Assembly (NCBI GenBank): GCA_964353175.1
Contig: CAYGUX010000013.1
Coordinates: forward strand, 544 to 64,543
Source: an uncultured Bdellovibrionales bacterium
Lineage (GTDB): Bacteria; Bdellovibrionota_C; UBA2361; SZUA-149; DAOLCO01
Length of the DNA stretch: 64,000 nucleotides
Direction: 5' to 3'
Below the pieces are notes generated by a model. It was not told the DNA's origin. It was given only the letters and a program-made list of their open reading frames with translations, and did no database searches. Below are positions 20,782 through 30,920 of this stretch, piece after piece (position 1 is the stretch's first letter; each line of letters opens with the position of its first letter). Made by a program: the position numbers and the translations under genes.

Positions 20782-22562
20782 TCTGCCCCCTGAGAGGATA
20801 CGACATCACGACTAACCCCGACTCTATGGCCATAGACACTTCGCCCCCCTTTTATCTTTTTGAAGATAATCAGAGCACCAATAAAAAAAAATCATTTTGC
20901 TTTAGTGCACCTGAGCATGAAATAATCGCGGAAGATTACTCTCAACTAGATGAAAGCTTTTTAAAGCTTGAAGAGTTAAATCAAAAAGGTTATTTCTTAG
21001 CGGGTCATGTCGCCTATGAAGCAGGCATGCATTTTCTTGGAATACCCCCAATCCACCCTACCAAGATACCACTACTACACTTCCACGCATTTTCTAAAAA
21101 ATCCTTAATAGAAATGCCAATAAAATCTTTAGACAAACTCTATCTTCATCAATTTAAAAGGGATCTTAATTTCCCCGACTACCTAAATGCATTTCAGAAA
21201 GTCCAATCTCATCTTCACCGTGGAGATACCTATCAGGTGAATCTAAGCCTTCGTGAATACTTCAAAGGCCCGTCAGACTCCTTTGCTCTATATCAAGCTT
21301 TACGAGAGATACAAAAAGTACGTTATGCGGCCTATGTATCCTTAGATCAGTTTGACCTTCTCTCCTTCTCTCCTGAACTATTTCTACAAAAAGAACATGC
21401 CAATTTAACTTCCCTACCGATGAAAGGAACAAGTCAGAGAAGTGGCTCTCATAATACTCTAGATCTAACCAAAGACTATAAAAGCATTTCAGAAAACACA
21501 ATGATAGTAGATCTCATAAGAAATGACATGAGCCTTATCGCCGAGAGAGGAAGCGTAAGAGCCAACAAAATGTGTTATACAGAACAATACGAGACACTAA
21601 CACAAATGGTATCGGAAGTTAGTTGTACCATCCCTAAAGACATGCCATTTTCTAATATTTTCAAAGCGCTCTTCCCCTGTGGTTCTATCACTGGTGCTCC
21701 TAAAAAAAGTACCACTGAAATCATTTCTAAACTGGAAGCTACCTCAAGAGGTATTTACACAGGATCGATTGGATACATTGAACCCAATAGAGATTTCCTT
21801 TTTAATGTAGCAATCAGAACAATTATCGGCGACAAAAAAGGCAACTATACTATCGGGCTAGGAAGTGGAGTTTTATCCGAGTCCGATGCCCAGGAGGAAC
21901 ACAATGAAATATGGCTCAAATCGAAATTTATAAAAACTACGAATTCTCATTTCACCTTATTTGAAACTCTAAGACTAGAGAATCATACGCTTGTGAATCT
22001 GAACCTCCACCTAGACAGACTAAGTAAAAGTGCTGACTACTTTGGTTTCTTTTTTGATCTGGGCAAAGTACTAGAAAAAGTACAGCCATTAACATCGGAA
22101 GAAGGCTACAAACGCTGTAAAATCATCCTGTCTTATGACGGATCAATAAGAATGGAAATCGAAAACCTTCCTGAGCTTACCGATAGCCCTACCGTATCAA
22201 TTAACTCTAATCTACTTAATTCAAGCGATATTTTTCTAAGGCACAAGACCTCTAAACGAGAACTCTATACCCAAGAGCACTTAATAGCCTCCAAGGATGG
22301 ACTTTATGACACTTTATTCTTTAATGAGAAAAAAGAACTTTGTGAAGCTAGTAGGCATAATATATTTCTTAAACTAAATGGCGACTGGATTACACCCTCC
22401 ATAGATTCCGGGATACTGCCTGGCATTCAAAGAAGTCTAACCATAAAACGACTTGATGCAGTGGAAAGGGTCATATATGAACCAGACCTTCTAGCATCAG
22501 AGAAAATCCTACTAACGAACTCCTTAAGGGGCGAGACTTTTGTTAGCATGAGATTCAGCTAA
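20766..22562 (+). CDS. pabB: Aminodeoxychorismate synthase component I fused to ADC lyase (PabB-PabC); start probably ATG 20826
   Basis: GDTYQVN, SPELF, PMKGT, ENTMIVDLIRND and LFPCGSITGAPK motifs; C-terminal class IV aminotransferase motifs (LFETL, HLDRL, HKT, GILPG). Confidence 0.92.
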   Translation: MREAFFCPLRGYDITTNPDSMAIDTSPPFYLFEDNQSTNKKKSFCFSAPEHEIIAEDYSQLDESFLKLEELNQKGYFLAGHVAYEAGMHFLGIPPIHPTKIPLLHFHAFSKKSLIEMPIKSLDKLYLHQFKRDLNFPDYLNAFQKVQSHLHRGDTYQVNLSLREYFKGPSDSFALYQALREIQKVRYAAYVSLDQFDLLSFSPELFLQKEHANLTSLPMKGTSQRSGSHNTLDLTKDYKSISENTMIVDLIRNDMSLIAERGSVRANKMCYTEQYETLTQMVSEVSCTIPKDMPFSNIFKALFPCGSITGAPKKSTTEIISKLEATSRGIYTGSIGYIEPNRDFLFNVAIRTIIGDKKGNYTIGLGSGVLSESDAQEEHNEIWLKSKFIKTTNSHFTLFETLRLENHTLVNLNLHLDRLSKSADYFGFFFDLGKVLEKVQPLTSEEGYKRCKIILSYDGSIRMEIENLPELTDSPTVSINSNLLNSSDIFLRHKTSKRELYTQEHLIASKDGLYDTLFFNEKKELCEASRHNIFLKLNGDWITPSIDSGILPGIQRSLTIKRLDAVERVIYEPDLLASEKILLTNSLRGETFVSMRFS

Positions 22563-22678
22563 GCACCTTAAATCACCTAGCTTTATAAAGAACTACTCTA
22601 ATAAAATATTTACAATAAAGTCCTTTTGAACTTCTGACGAAATACATAAACATACTAAATTCAACTAATAAGAATTAA

Positions 22679-23165
22679 ATGTTTAGTGCCATAACTCTTC
22701 TATTCATAACAATTATCAGTCTTGCGCTCAATAAATTCAGAGGCAGAAGAATCTTACTTGAGCGAAGAGCTGAAGTAAGATTTCAGGAATTTTACCGACT
22801 AGAAAAACAGATACATGCGATTACTGACTTAGCTAGTAGCTACACCAATACTTTGGGGCAAGATGGGGCAAGATGGGGCAAATAAAATTAATGCCCTTCA
22901 AAAAATATTAAAACAACAGGAAGAAATCCTTTCTGCGATTGATTTAAGCTTAACCAAAGGTAAGCTAGATGAGGTAGAAGAAACTCTCTCTCAATTCACT
23001 CTAGATAGAACTGCCTTAGAAAGTAAATCTCTACTATCAAAGATGTCCAATGATATTCTTGCAGCCTCAAAAAAGGCTACTGATATAGGAATTCCTAAAA
23101 TCAAGAAGAGACAATCTACCGTTATGACATTAAGGCAGGTTGGATTAGATAAAGAACATACATAA
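22679..23165 (+). pseudogene. Membrane-anchored hypothetical protein split by a 10-bp tandem duplication
   Basis: ORFs 22679..22885 and 22863..23165 join into one 158-aa frame if one TGGGGCAAGA unit is removed. Confidence 0.75.
22854..22881 (+). repeat. Tandem repeat (TGGGGCAAGA) x2.8
   Basis: tggggcaaga tggggcaaga tggggcaa read directly. Confidence 0.95.
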
Positions 23166-23278
23166 TTTATTTGTTTAGATCTCCATTAAGGGAATGAATA
23201 TAAATATCACCCTTGCGATTGCATTGCCCCCCTGCTAGTAATAAGTTCTAGTCAAACCATTCCTCGCTGAGATACATA

Positions 23279-23989
23279 ATGAAAATTACTTATTTGGGAC
23301 ATTCAAGCATCCTACTTACTACTTCAGATAATCAAAATATTCTGATAGACCCCTTTATCTCAACTGGCCCAACCTCACCTATACAATTTAAAGATCTTCC
23401 TTCTATAGATCTACTCGTCCTAACTCATGGTCACGCTGACCATACTTCAGATATATTTAACATCTTAGAAAGAGACAATTCAAAACTAATCGCTACCTAC
23501 GAACTAGGCTGCCTAATATCTACTCTTGCAAAAAGCCCAGTAAAATATGATCCCATGAACAAAGGTGGGACAATTGAGCTTAAAGAATTGAATCTAAAGA
23601 TTTCACTTACCCACGCTCATCACTCCAACTCCTATACTACCGAAGATGGAATATCTCACTATGCTGGGGAAGCTTGCGGAGTAATTCTCAACTTTAACAA
23701 TGGTCCATGTATTTATCATGCTGGAGATACTTGCTACTTTGAGGAGATGAAACTTATTAGAGAATTTTATGCTCCAAGCTTGGCCTTTCTTCCTATAGGA
23801 GATAGATTTACCATGGGACCAAAAGAAGCTGGGATTTCAGCACAGGCATTAGGAGTTAAAACAGCAATACCTATTCATTGGGGCACATTTCCTCTTCTTA
23901 CCGGTACTCCAAGTGAATTTAAGGAAGAATGTATTACAAGAGATGTTGAAGCGATTACATTAGAGCCAGGTGTTACATTGGATCTCTAA
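23279..23989 (+). CDS. Metal-dependent hydrolase, metallo-beta-lactamase fold (UPF0173-like)
   Basis: YLGHS, IDPF, THGHADH, YHAGDT, LPIGDRFTMG and PIHWGTFP motifs. Confidence 0.92.
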   Translation: MKITYLGHSSILLTTSDNQNILIDPFISTGPTSPIQFKDLPSIDLLVLTHGHADHTSDIFNILERDNSKLIATYELGCLISTLAKSPVKYDPMNKGGTIELKELNLKISLTHAHHSNSYTTEDGISHYAGEACGVILNFNNGPCIYHAGDTCYFEEMKLIREFYAPSLAFLPIGDRFTMGPKEAGISAQALGVKTAIPIHWGTFPLLTGTPSEFKEECITRDVEAITLEPGVTLDL

Positions 23990-24064
23990 TATATAGCATA
24001 CTGAATCTTGAAAAAATTTTTAGTGGTATTGTGGTATTGAAGTGTTAGGTCAAACACCTTTAAT

Positions 24065-24544
24065 CTAATCTCGAACCAAGATAACTACAGCCTGAGCTAA
24101 AACTCCTTCTTCCCTACCAATAAAACCCATTTTCTCGCCTGTCGTAGCTTTTATACTTACTTGATCTAAGTCCGCCTTTAGAAGTCCGGCCAAGCTCTCC
24201 CTCATCGAATCTATGTGAGGCCTTAATTTAGGTTTCTCAAGTAGAAGTGTTAAATCACAGTTCGAAAGTCTCCAACCTTTCTCCGTAACTTTTAACCATA
24301 CCTGCTTAAATAGTTCAACACTATTGGCCCCCTTATATTGAGGATCGGTATCTGGAAACCAAGAACCGATATCGCCCCAAGCCAAGGCTCCGAGTATCGC
24401 ATCAATTAAGGCGTGAATTGCGACATCTGCGTCGGAATGACCTGCTAAACCGCGATAATGATCAAGCTTGACCCCACAAAGAATTAAAGGCCTATTTTCA
24501 ATGAAAGCATGTATATCGATGCCTGAACCTATTCTAAGATCCAT
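24065..24544 (-). CDS. ispF: 2-C-methyl-D-erythritol 2,4-cyclodiphosphate synthase
   Basis: GIDIH, GHSDADV, GDIG..FPD and KATTGEKMGFIGREEG motifs. Confidence 0.97.
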   Translation of the reverse strand: MDLRIGSGIDIHAFIENRPLILCGVKLDHYRGLAGHSDADVAIHALIDAILGALAWGDIGSWFPDTDPQYKGANSVELFKQVWLKVTEKGWRLSNCDLTLLLEKPKLRPHIDSMRESLAGLLKADLDQVSIKATTGEKMGFIGREEGVLAQAVVILVRD

Positions 24545-24562
24545 TAGAATGCCCCTTAAGCC

Positions 24563-25408
24563 TTAATTAACAAGTGGCTTATCTCCATAGACATCTTCAT
24601 TAGAGGAGTTGATCTCATAAAGATCTGGATTATTAGTGATCATTGTAATCGCGATAAATTTAGAGACATGATTAATCGTCTCTCTAGGGAGTAGTTTCTT
24701 AGCCGCTAACTTATAGAAGTCTCTTTCTCCACCTGCTCTCTGAATCGCATTAGCTACTCTATTCGGCCCAGCATTATATGCTGCTAACGCTAAAAGCCAA
24801 TCGTCAAATCGATTATTTAATTCAGTTAGATATTTGGCTGCCGCAATAGTTGACCTAAGAACATCCTTTCTCTCATCATTCCAATAGGAGCAATCTAGCC
24901 CTAAGTTCTCTGCAGTAGGTCTCATAAACTGCCAAACTCCCACTGCCCCATCTTCACTCACAGCCTCAGTATCAAACTTACTTTCGACAAAAGCAACATT
25001 TGATAGTTCTAATGGTAAATTATAATAATCCAATACCTTCTCAACTAATGGACGATATTCATCAAAGCGCGCTAGAGGTAACTCGAGGTCTCTCTTCCTC
25101 TTACCCGTATAAAGACTAACAAACTTCCGTACATGGGCATTGTCCCTCAATACGATGCTTGGAGCAGATGAATCCACATCCTCGGTATTTTCAATGTTTC
25201 CTATTGAATTAGCAGAACCATTTAATCTTGCTCTACTCGCTAAACCGCCCGATACCTTAGAGTTGGATTTTGCGATGGACGCTCGGACGTGGGGTTTTGA
25301 TTTATGATTCAATACCGCATTAATTTCGGGGTCCCAAGTACGCGATGAACAAGACAAAAGTCCTGTAACAATAAAAAACAAACGTATATATTTAAAGTAT
25401 AAATTCAT
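24563..25408 (-). CDS. Lytic transglycosylase (SLT/MltD-like) lipoprotein
   Basis: Lipobox LLSC; VES, GVWQFM, DER, ALAAYNAG and PRET motifs. Confidence 0.92.
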   Translation of the reverse strand: MNLYFKYIRLFFIVTGLLSCSSRTWDPEINAVLNHKSKPHVRASIAKSNSKVSGGLASRARLNGSANSIGNIENTEDVDSSAPSIVLRDNAHVRKFVSLYTGKRKRDLELPLARFDEYRPLVEKVLDYYNLPLELSNVAFVESKFDTEAVSEDGAVGVWQFMRPTAENLGLDCSYWNDERKDVLRSTIAAAKYLTELNNRFDDWLLALAAYNAGPNRVANAIQRAGGERDFYKLAAKKLLPRETINHVSKFIAITMITNNPDLYEINSSNEDVYGDKPLVN

Positions 25409-25718
25409 AGTGAAATTTTATTTGAAATTTTGCTTCTCAAGTAGAAGCACTGAACAAAAACTAATTTATTTTTTAATAATCACAAATTGAAATCCTACCA
25501 GCTCTCAATTCACTCAATCATTAAAAATTCCTTAGTGTGTCCTCCATTCGATTTGGTTGAATAATCAAAAACTGAAAGGGGAAATTAATATCTTCTTCTC
25601 AGTATTCGTTATGACAACTTAAAAAAATTTAGTAGCAAATACTAAAAATGTTTTTAAGCGAGTAGCAAAGTTTCCCTATTGCCAGCTCTTCGGAGCCTGA
25701 TATACTCTTCTTTGTTAG

Positions 25719-26543
25719 ATGCAGTCAAGCAGGTTAAATCCAACAATTATTATGAAAAAATTAAATACTAGATACCTTCTAAGCACTATAATACCCATGA
25801 TTTTCATGGCTTGCTCTTCCAATATCACAGAGCCAATTCAAGCAAATTTGAATTTATTCTCAAATAATCAGTACCTTAAAAGTGGCACTACAATAATCGG
25901 CTTTAATGTCGCGGAAGTAAGAAACACCCACGATACCCGAGCAAATCACTCAAACAAACCCTCCTTGTATGCACTGAATTTTTCTTCAGATATCGACGTT
26001 GTTGCACCTTTATTGTGTGAGAATCTAGATGATTTATCGACACTTTTTGATGCTTCGCCACTTGTAAAAAAGAATACGCATACTAAAAACAAGAGCGATC
26101 AACAGTTTGCCCCATTAGTAGGATTTTTCCCTTTAAGCATACAATTTAAACCTGCAGACAATGAAGTTTGGTTACAAATTGTTCGTGAAAAAAATCAACT
26201 AGAAGTTTATAAAGGCAAAGAAATCATTAAAGTCATTCCAGTAGAGGGTGAAATCAAGTTAGCTTCGGGAGAATATCCTCTGCAACATAAACAAAGAAAT
26301 CCTCTTTGGTATGCGCCTGATGAATATTTTTCTAAACGCGAATTAAGAATTCCACCCAGAGGTGATCACTTCAGATATAGAAGAGGCGCACTAGGAAATT
26401 ACGCTTTATACCCCACGATGGACTTCGTAATTCACAGTGGACCATTTTGGTCTGAAGAAGTTGGTGGTTTAAAAGTTTCAGAATCAGATCTTGCCTCCAT
26501 CTTCGTAATGCTAAACGTAGGTACTCCCATTCTAGTCAAATAG
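25719..26543 (+). CDS. L,D-transpeptidase (YkuD)-like lipoprotein lacking the catalytic Cys
   Basis: KQRNPLWYAP...GALGNYALY...VIH...VGTPILV pattern; SHGC replaced by EVGG. Confidence 0.7.
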   Translation: MQSSRLNPTIIMKKLNTRYLLSTIIPMIFMACSSNITEPIQANLNLFSNNQYLKSGTTIIGFNVAEVRNTHDTRANHSNKPSLYALNFSSDIDVVAPLLCENLDDLSTLFDASPLVKKNTHTKNKSDQQFAPLVGFFPLSIQFKPADNEVWLQIVREKNQLEVYKGKEIIKVIPVEGEIKLASGEYPLQHKQRNPLWYAPDEYFSKRELRIPPRGDHFRYRRGALGNYALYPTMDFVIHSGPFWSEEVGGLKVSESDLASIFVMLNVGTPILVK

Positions 26544-26801
26544 CTGAAACTAGAAGCAAAAGTAACGCATTTCGGGCTAACCCAGCCTAATAAGTCCTAT
26601 TTAGGTCTTTACCTCTGCTCAATATAGTTATAGGGTCATTTTGTGTCCTAATTCTAAATACGAGACCTTTCAATTTAAGCCGTATTTTGATAGGCATACA
26701 CCAAGATTTGCGAATTCCGCACTAAGTTTAGCGCCGAATGAGACAAAAAGCTGGCCTAGGGTAATAACCCTAATGTTATAATCAAAGAAAGATATTTTTA
26801 T

Positions 26802-27419
26802 ATGGGTAGAGAAGAACTCGAAATCATCGGCAAAGGCATTGTTAAACGTCGTACTAAAAGAGTTGTAGGACTTTTCATCGACGCTACAGGTTTAGATCGG
26901 GCAACAAGAAGACTTGAAAAGAAAGTAGATCTCTCAAGGCTTGTGACTGGTTTAACTCAAGGCTTGGAAACAGAAGTCTCCCGCTACTACTCACTAATCC
27001 CACATGAAGATGATTCTAGGCAACTCTCTTTTCTAGAAGCAGTTCAAAGGGCCGGAGTGGAAGTTATAACAAAAAGGCTACCGCCTAAGGGAGTTAAAAG
27101 GCAGGTATCAATTGATGTTCAAATTGCAACAGACCTCATGGACTATACCTACAAAAGATTTGCTAAACAAAGCGTACAATCACTTTCCGTAAACTCAGAA
27201 GAACAAGCGGCCACTACTTCTACACCTAGAAGCGAGGTAAAAAGAATCGCTATTATAGTATGCCCGAGTAGAGATCTAAATTATGCGCTGAACTCTGCAT
27301 ACATGCAGGGTACAGAGACTGTCTTAGCGGACTTTGGTTTATACGGACAAACTGATGGCTGGAAAGGAGTTGACCGTTGGGTTGATCTTTCTACTTCTGA
27401 AACCATCTGGCGGGATTAA
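26802..27419 (+). CDS. NYN/LabA (DUF88) domain protein, degenerate
   Basis: GLFIDATG, IDVQIATD and VCPSRDL correspond to the NYN motifs. Confidence 0.7.
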   Translation: MGREELEIIGKGIVKRRTKRVVGLFIDATGLDRATRRLEKKVDLSRLVTGLTQGLETEVSRYYSLIPHEDDSRQLSFLEAVQRAGVEVITKRLPPKGVKRQVSIDVQIATDLMDYTYKRFAKQSVQSLSVNSEEQAATTSTPRSEVKRIAIIVCPSRDLNYALNSAYMQGTETVLADFGLYGQTDGWKGVDRWVDLSTSETIWRD

Positions 27420-27553
27420 TTTCATAACACTCTCCCCCGATATATTTATTGCAACGTTCTTAATTATATTACGATAAATAATTACCCGCGATTTAGTTTG
27501 CAGGAATAATATCTAATATAACATCTAATACGTGTAATTTTTATTAAATCCGA

Positions 27554-28429
27554 ATGTACAGCCTACTTAGGTCCCATAATCCTGTTTTTGCCTGCCTCTT
27601 AGATGGCATTTTTCCACTTCGCTGCATCTACTGCACGAAATACATTAATACGAATCGAGCATTCAAAGACCAAAATTCCAAGAATCCATTCTTAATAGGC
27701 TTATCCAATAGAGAATATCTGGAAGATCGAATATTTTGTAAAGACTGTCTCTCAAGAATATATATCTCCAAAGTATGTCATTTGACTTCATTATGTAGCT
27801 GCTGCGGCAGCCCAATACCTGTTCATAGGACTTGTCCCTGCGTTTCGAAATTCCAAACCTATGAAAGTCGAATTAGGTTTAGAAGCTACTTTAATTATTC
27901 AGAGGAAATTAGGACTCTAATTTTTTTAATTAAATTCAACCCCAGCATAGATCTTTGCAATTGGTCTGCTCTACTTCTCTATTCTAACCTCTGCGAGCTA
28001 TTTAAGGATAAGTCTGCTCCTAGTAAACTCTCCTGGGATTCCATTGCCTATGTCCCATCAAGATTATCCAATATTAAAAAAAGAGGTGGCTATAGCACAT
28101 TTTTAATTTGCAAACGCCTTGCTAGCTTATTAGGTGGACTCCCAATAATCACATTTCAAAACAACACCCTAAACAGACAATCTAGTCTTAAAATACATCA
28201 ACGCATCGAGCGGAAACTGGACTATCAACTAGTGCCTACTACAAGCACAAAAGCCACCAAAAATTCTACGCTATTAATTGATGATATGCTAACTACAGGC
28301 TCTTCCTCCCACCAACTAGCCTTAAGGCTTTTAGATTTCGGCATCAAAAGAGTTGACATTCTAACTCTTGCACGATCGATAGACTTTAGAAAAAACTTTT
28401 TAAAATATCTCGAAGCTTCAAAGGATTAA
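27554..28429 (+). CDS. comF: ComF family phosphoribosyltransferase-like protein
   Basis: N-terminal CxxC zinc ribbons (FPLRCIYC), KRGGY and LLIDDMLTTGSS PRPP motif. Confidence 0.8.
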   Translation: MYSLLRSHNPVFACLLDGIFPLRCIYCTKYINTNRAFKDQNSKNPFLIGLSNREYLEDRIFCKDCLSRIYISKVCHLTSLCSCCGSPIPVHRTCPCVSKFQTYESRIRFRSYFNYSEEIRTLIFLIKFNPSIDLCNWSALLLYSNLCELFKDKSAPSKLSWDSIAYVPSRLSNIKKRGGYSTFLICKRLASLLGGLPIITFQNNTLNRQSSLKIHQRIERKLDYQLVPTTSTKATKNSTLLIDDMLTTGSSSHQLALRLLDFGIKRVDILTLARSIDFRKNFLKYLEASKD

Positions 28430-28490
28430 TAAATACCTAATATTGCCGCAGGGGGTGCTAAATCTTTTATAAAATGATACTAATTTTTGC

Positions 28491-29324
28491 ATGTATAAAT
28501 TAGTCGAAATCATATTAATAGTAGCCCTATTCTCCTTAGTGTCCTGCAAGGACTCCTCTGAGGCTTATTCTGAGTTTGGCTCGCTAAATGATAGGGTCGC
28601 TTACTTAGAAAGTAAAATTAAGTCGCTCGATACAAGATATGAAATTTTAACTAGAAGGATACAATCAAAAAATACAAACCATGATACCGGCACTGACTCA
28701 GGAGTGAAGACGCCAAAGGCCACGAATAAACGATCTCCTGTGAAAGAGGGCATCACTCTAAAACTTGATAGAGACTTCTATGATGACGCATATATTGGCA
28801 CGAGCTCGCCTAAGATAGTAGTTGTAATCTATAGTGACCTCAACTGCGCGAACTGCAAATCCTTTCTAAGCACTTTGATTCCTAGCCTAAGAGAAAATTA
28901 CAAATCAAGCCTTAATGTGCAAGCAAGGCTCAGGGACTTCCCATTGGAGAAGTATCCCTTATCATCTCATTACGCCCAAGCGACCCATTGTGTCGGTGAA
29001 CAAGGACACTATTGGAATTTTGTAGAATTACTTTTAAAATCTAAGCCACAGTCTGATGATGATATTCTTAGACTAGCGAATAACCCTAAAGTAAACCTAA
29101 AAGATCTTCAGACACTCTCCCAATGCCTGAAATCTAGTAAATACGAGAAAGAGGTCACTAAAGATAAAGAATCAGGAATTCACCTAGGAGTAGAAGGTGT
29201 CCCATCCGTATTTATCGGGAAAAAAGTTGGGGATGAAGAATTTAAAGGCGCAATTATCCGAGGCAGTCAGGATATTTCTATTATCCACAAGTACATTGAA
29301 CTTTTAGAATCAGATGAAAAATGA
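28491..29324 (+). CDS. DsbA-family thioredoxin-fold lipoprotein
   Basis: Lipobox LVSC; YSDLNCANC, RDFPL, EQGHYW and GVEGVPS motifs. Confidence 0.88.
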   Translation: MYKLVEIILIVALFSLVSCKDSSEAYSEFGSLNDRVAYLESKIKSLDTRYEILTRRIQSKNTNHDTGTDSGVKTPKATNKRSPVKEGITLKLDRDFYDDAYIGTSSPKIVVVIYSDLNCANCKSFLSTLIPSLRENYKSSLNVQARLRDFPLEKYPLSSHYAQATHCVGEQGHYWNFVELLLKSKPQSDDDILRLANNPKVNLKDLQTLSQCLKSSKYEKEVTKDKESGIHLGVEGVPSVFIGKKVGDEEFKGAIIRGSQDISIIHKYIELLESDEK

Positions 29325-30003
29325 TGCCCTCATAAATAATTGTCTAATACTGGATGACGACAAGAGCTTTAGGCAGATTTTAAAAATGAGATTAAATACA
29401 ATCTCATATAAATTTCAGATTGTTGAAAAAGGCACAATTGAATCTGCGCTTGCATACTTAAAGGATAATACTCCAAAATTAGTTTTTTTAGATCAACACC
29501 TACCAGATGGAATGGGGCATGACCTATTAAAAAGTGGCGCCCTTGCAAACTCAATAGTGGTCTCTTTATCTTCCGATGATTCATCCGACTTGCCAGTAAC
29601 CAATCTAAAAGATGGCGCTAAACTCTTTTTTCTAAAGTCAGAAGTTAGCCGGCCTTTTTTCTTTCCCATGATAGAAGCCCTCATTGCTAGAGATGAACTT
29701 GAACATACCAAAAGAAAAGAGGAAGATTCTTACAAACAAATTCAAACTGTAAAAACACTTATACGTACACTTAAACACGAACTAAGTAATCCTCTGGGCG
29801 CAGTGATGGGTGGCTTATATCTAATTAAATCACCGAAAACTTCCGAAGAAGATAAAAACAGTGCCATTAAACTTCTAGAAGAGAGTTCGGCTAGGATCAA
29901 AACAGTTTTAGAAAAACTTGGTGACGCCCTTACATTAGACCAAGTTGAAAAGGGCCCTGATCTACTATTTCACGTTCCTGGAGATAAAGAATGGAAAAAA
30001 TAA
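29314..30003 (+). CDS. Response regulator receiver domain plus HisKA dimerisation domain (no HATPase)
   Basis: ILDDD and FLDQHLPDG receiver motifs; LKHELSNPL H-box. Confidence 0.85.
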   Translation: MKNDALINNCLILDDDKSFRQILKMRLNTISYKFQIVEKGTIESALAYLKDNTPKLVFLDQHLPDGMGHDLLKSGALANSIVVSLSSDDSSDLPVTNLKDGAKLFFLKSEVSRPFFFPMIEALIARDELEHTKRKEEDSYKQIQTVKTLIRTLKHELSNPLGAVMGGLYLIKSPKTSEEDKNSAIKLLEESSARIKTVLEKLGDALTLDQVEKGPDLLFHVPGDKEWKK

Positions 30004-30479
30004 AAATCGGCTTAAAAGTAACTCTACTTATTCTAGTACTCCTAATCCACTCAACTACGGTGTTCGCGGAGCAAACCAAACAAGTTGAGATAGATGATGA
30101 AATCGTTTTTGACCTAGCGCAAGAGGTTGGTGAGGAGATAATGAGTCCCTTCTGCCCCGGAAGGACTCTCCAGTCCTGCCCAAGTGAGAATGCACGGCAA
30201 CTAAAATTGGAAATAACTTCTCTACTAAAAATGGGGTATTCAAAGGATGCGGTAAAACGAAAGATGTTAATAGATTATGGCGAAGAAATTAGCGGGCTTC
30301 CTGCTAACAATTCTTTTAAAAACGTTGCCTGGCTATCCCCTGCCCTATTTGGACTAATCGGCCTTATCATAGTATATCTTGGCCTACGTTTTATGAGAAA
30401 TGAATCGACAGATTCCAATATTAAGCCCTCTAAAACAGACGAAGATTTACTAAAAATCGAGGAACAATTAAGAAAATAA
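29991..30479 (+). CDS. ccmH: Cytochrome c biogenesis CcmH-like protein
   Basis: Signal peptide, MSPFCPGRTLQSCPS, YGEEI...P and AWLSP-TM pattern. Confidence 0.75.
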   Translation: MEKIKIGLKVTLLILVLLIHSTTVFAEQTKQVEIDDEIVFDLAQEVGEEIMSPFCPGRTLQSCPSENARQLKLEITSLLKMGYSKDAVKRKMLIDYGEEISGLPANNSFKNVAWLSPALFGLIGLIIVYLGLRFMRNESTDSNIKPSKTDEDLLKIEEQLRK

Positions 30480-30482
30480 ATC

Positions 30483-30917
30483 ATGACAACTCTAAGAGAT
30501 AAAATAGCTTCAGACTTAAAAATCGCAATGAAAGCTAGAGAACAAGCTACCGTTACAAATTTAAGAGGTCTAACTGCCGCTATTAAGCAGTTTGAAGTAG
30601 ATACTAGGACTGAAGCCTCAGAAGAGAAAATCCTATCTATAGTGCAAAAAGAAATTAAAATGCGTAGAGACGCACTGGGCTTCGCAATTGATCAAAATAG
30701 ACCTGAACTTATAGCTCAGAATGAGTTTGAAATTTCCCTACTTCAAAAATACTTAGGGGAACAATTAACTGAAGAAGAACTAAAAAGCCTAATTGAAGAA
30801 ACTATTGCTGGAGGTGCGAATAACCTCGGAGCAATTATGGGCACTTTAAACAAGTCCCATAAAGGCAAGTTTGAGGGGAAGGTTGCTAGTGAATTAGCGA
30901 AAACTCTACTGGCTTAG
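30483..30917 (+). CDS. GatB/YqeY domain protein
   Basis: DLKIAMKAR, KEIKMRRD and E...LQKYL..QL.EEEL motifs. Confidence 0.92.
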   Translation: MTTLRDKIASDLKIAMKAREQATVTNLRGLTAAIKQFEVDTRTEASEEKILSIVQKEIKMRRDALGFAIDQNRPELIAQNEFEISLLQKYLGEQLTEEELKSLIEETIAGGANNLGAIMGTLNKSHKGKFEGKVASELAKTLLA

Positions 30918-30920
30918 AAC

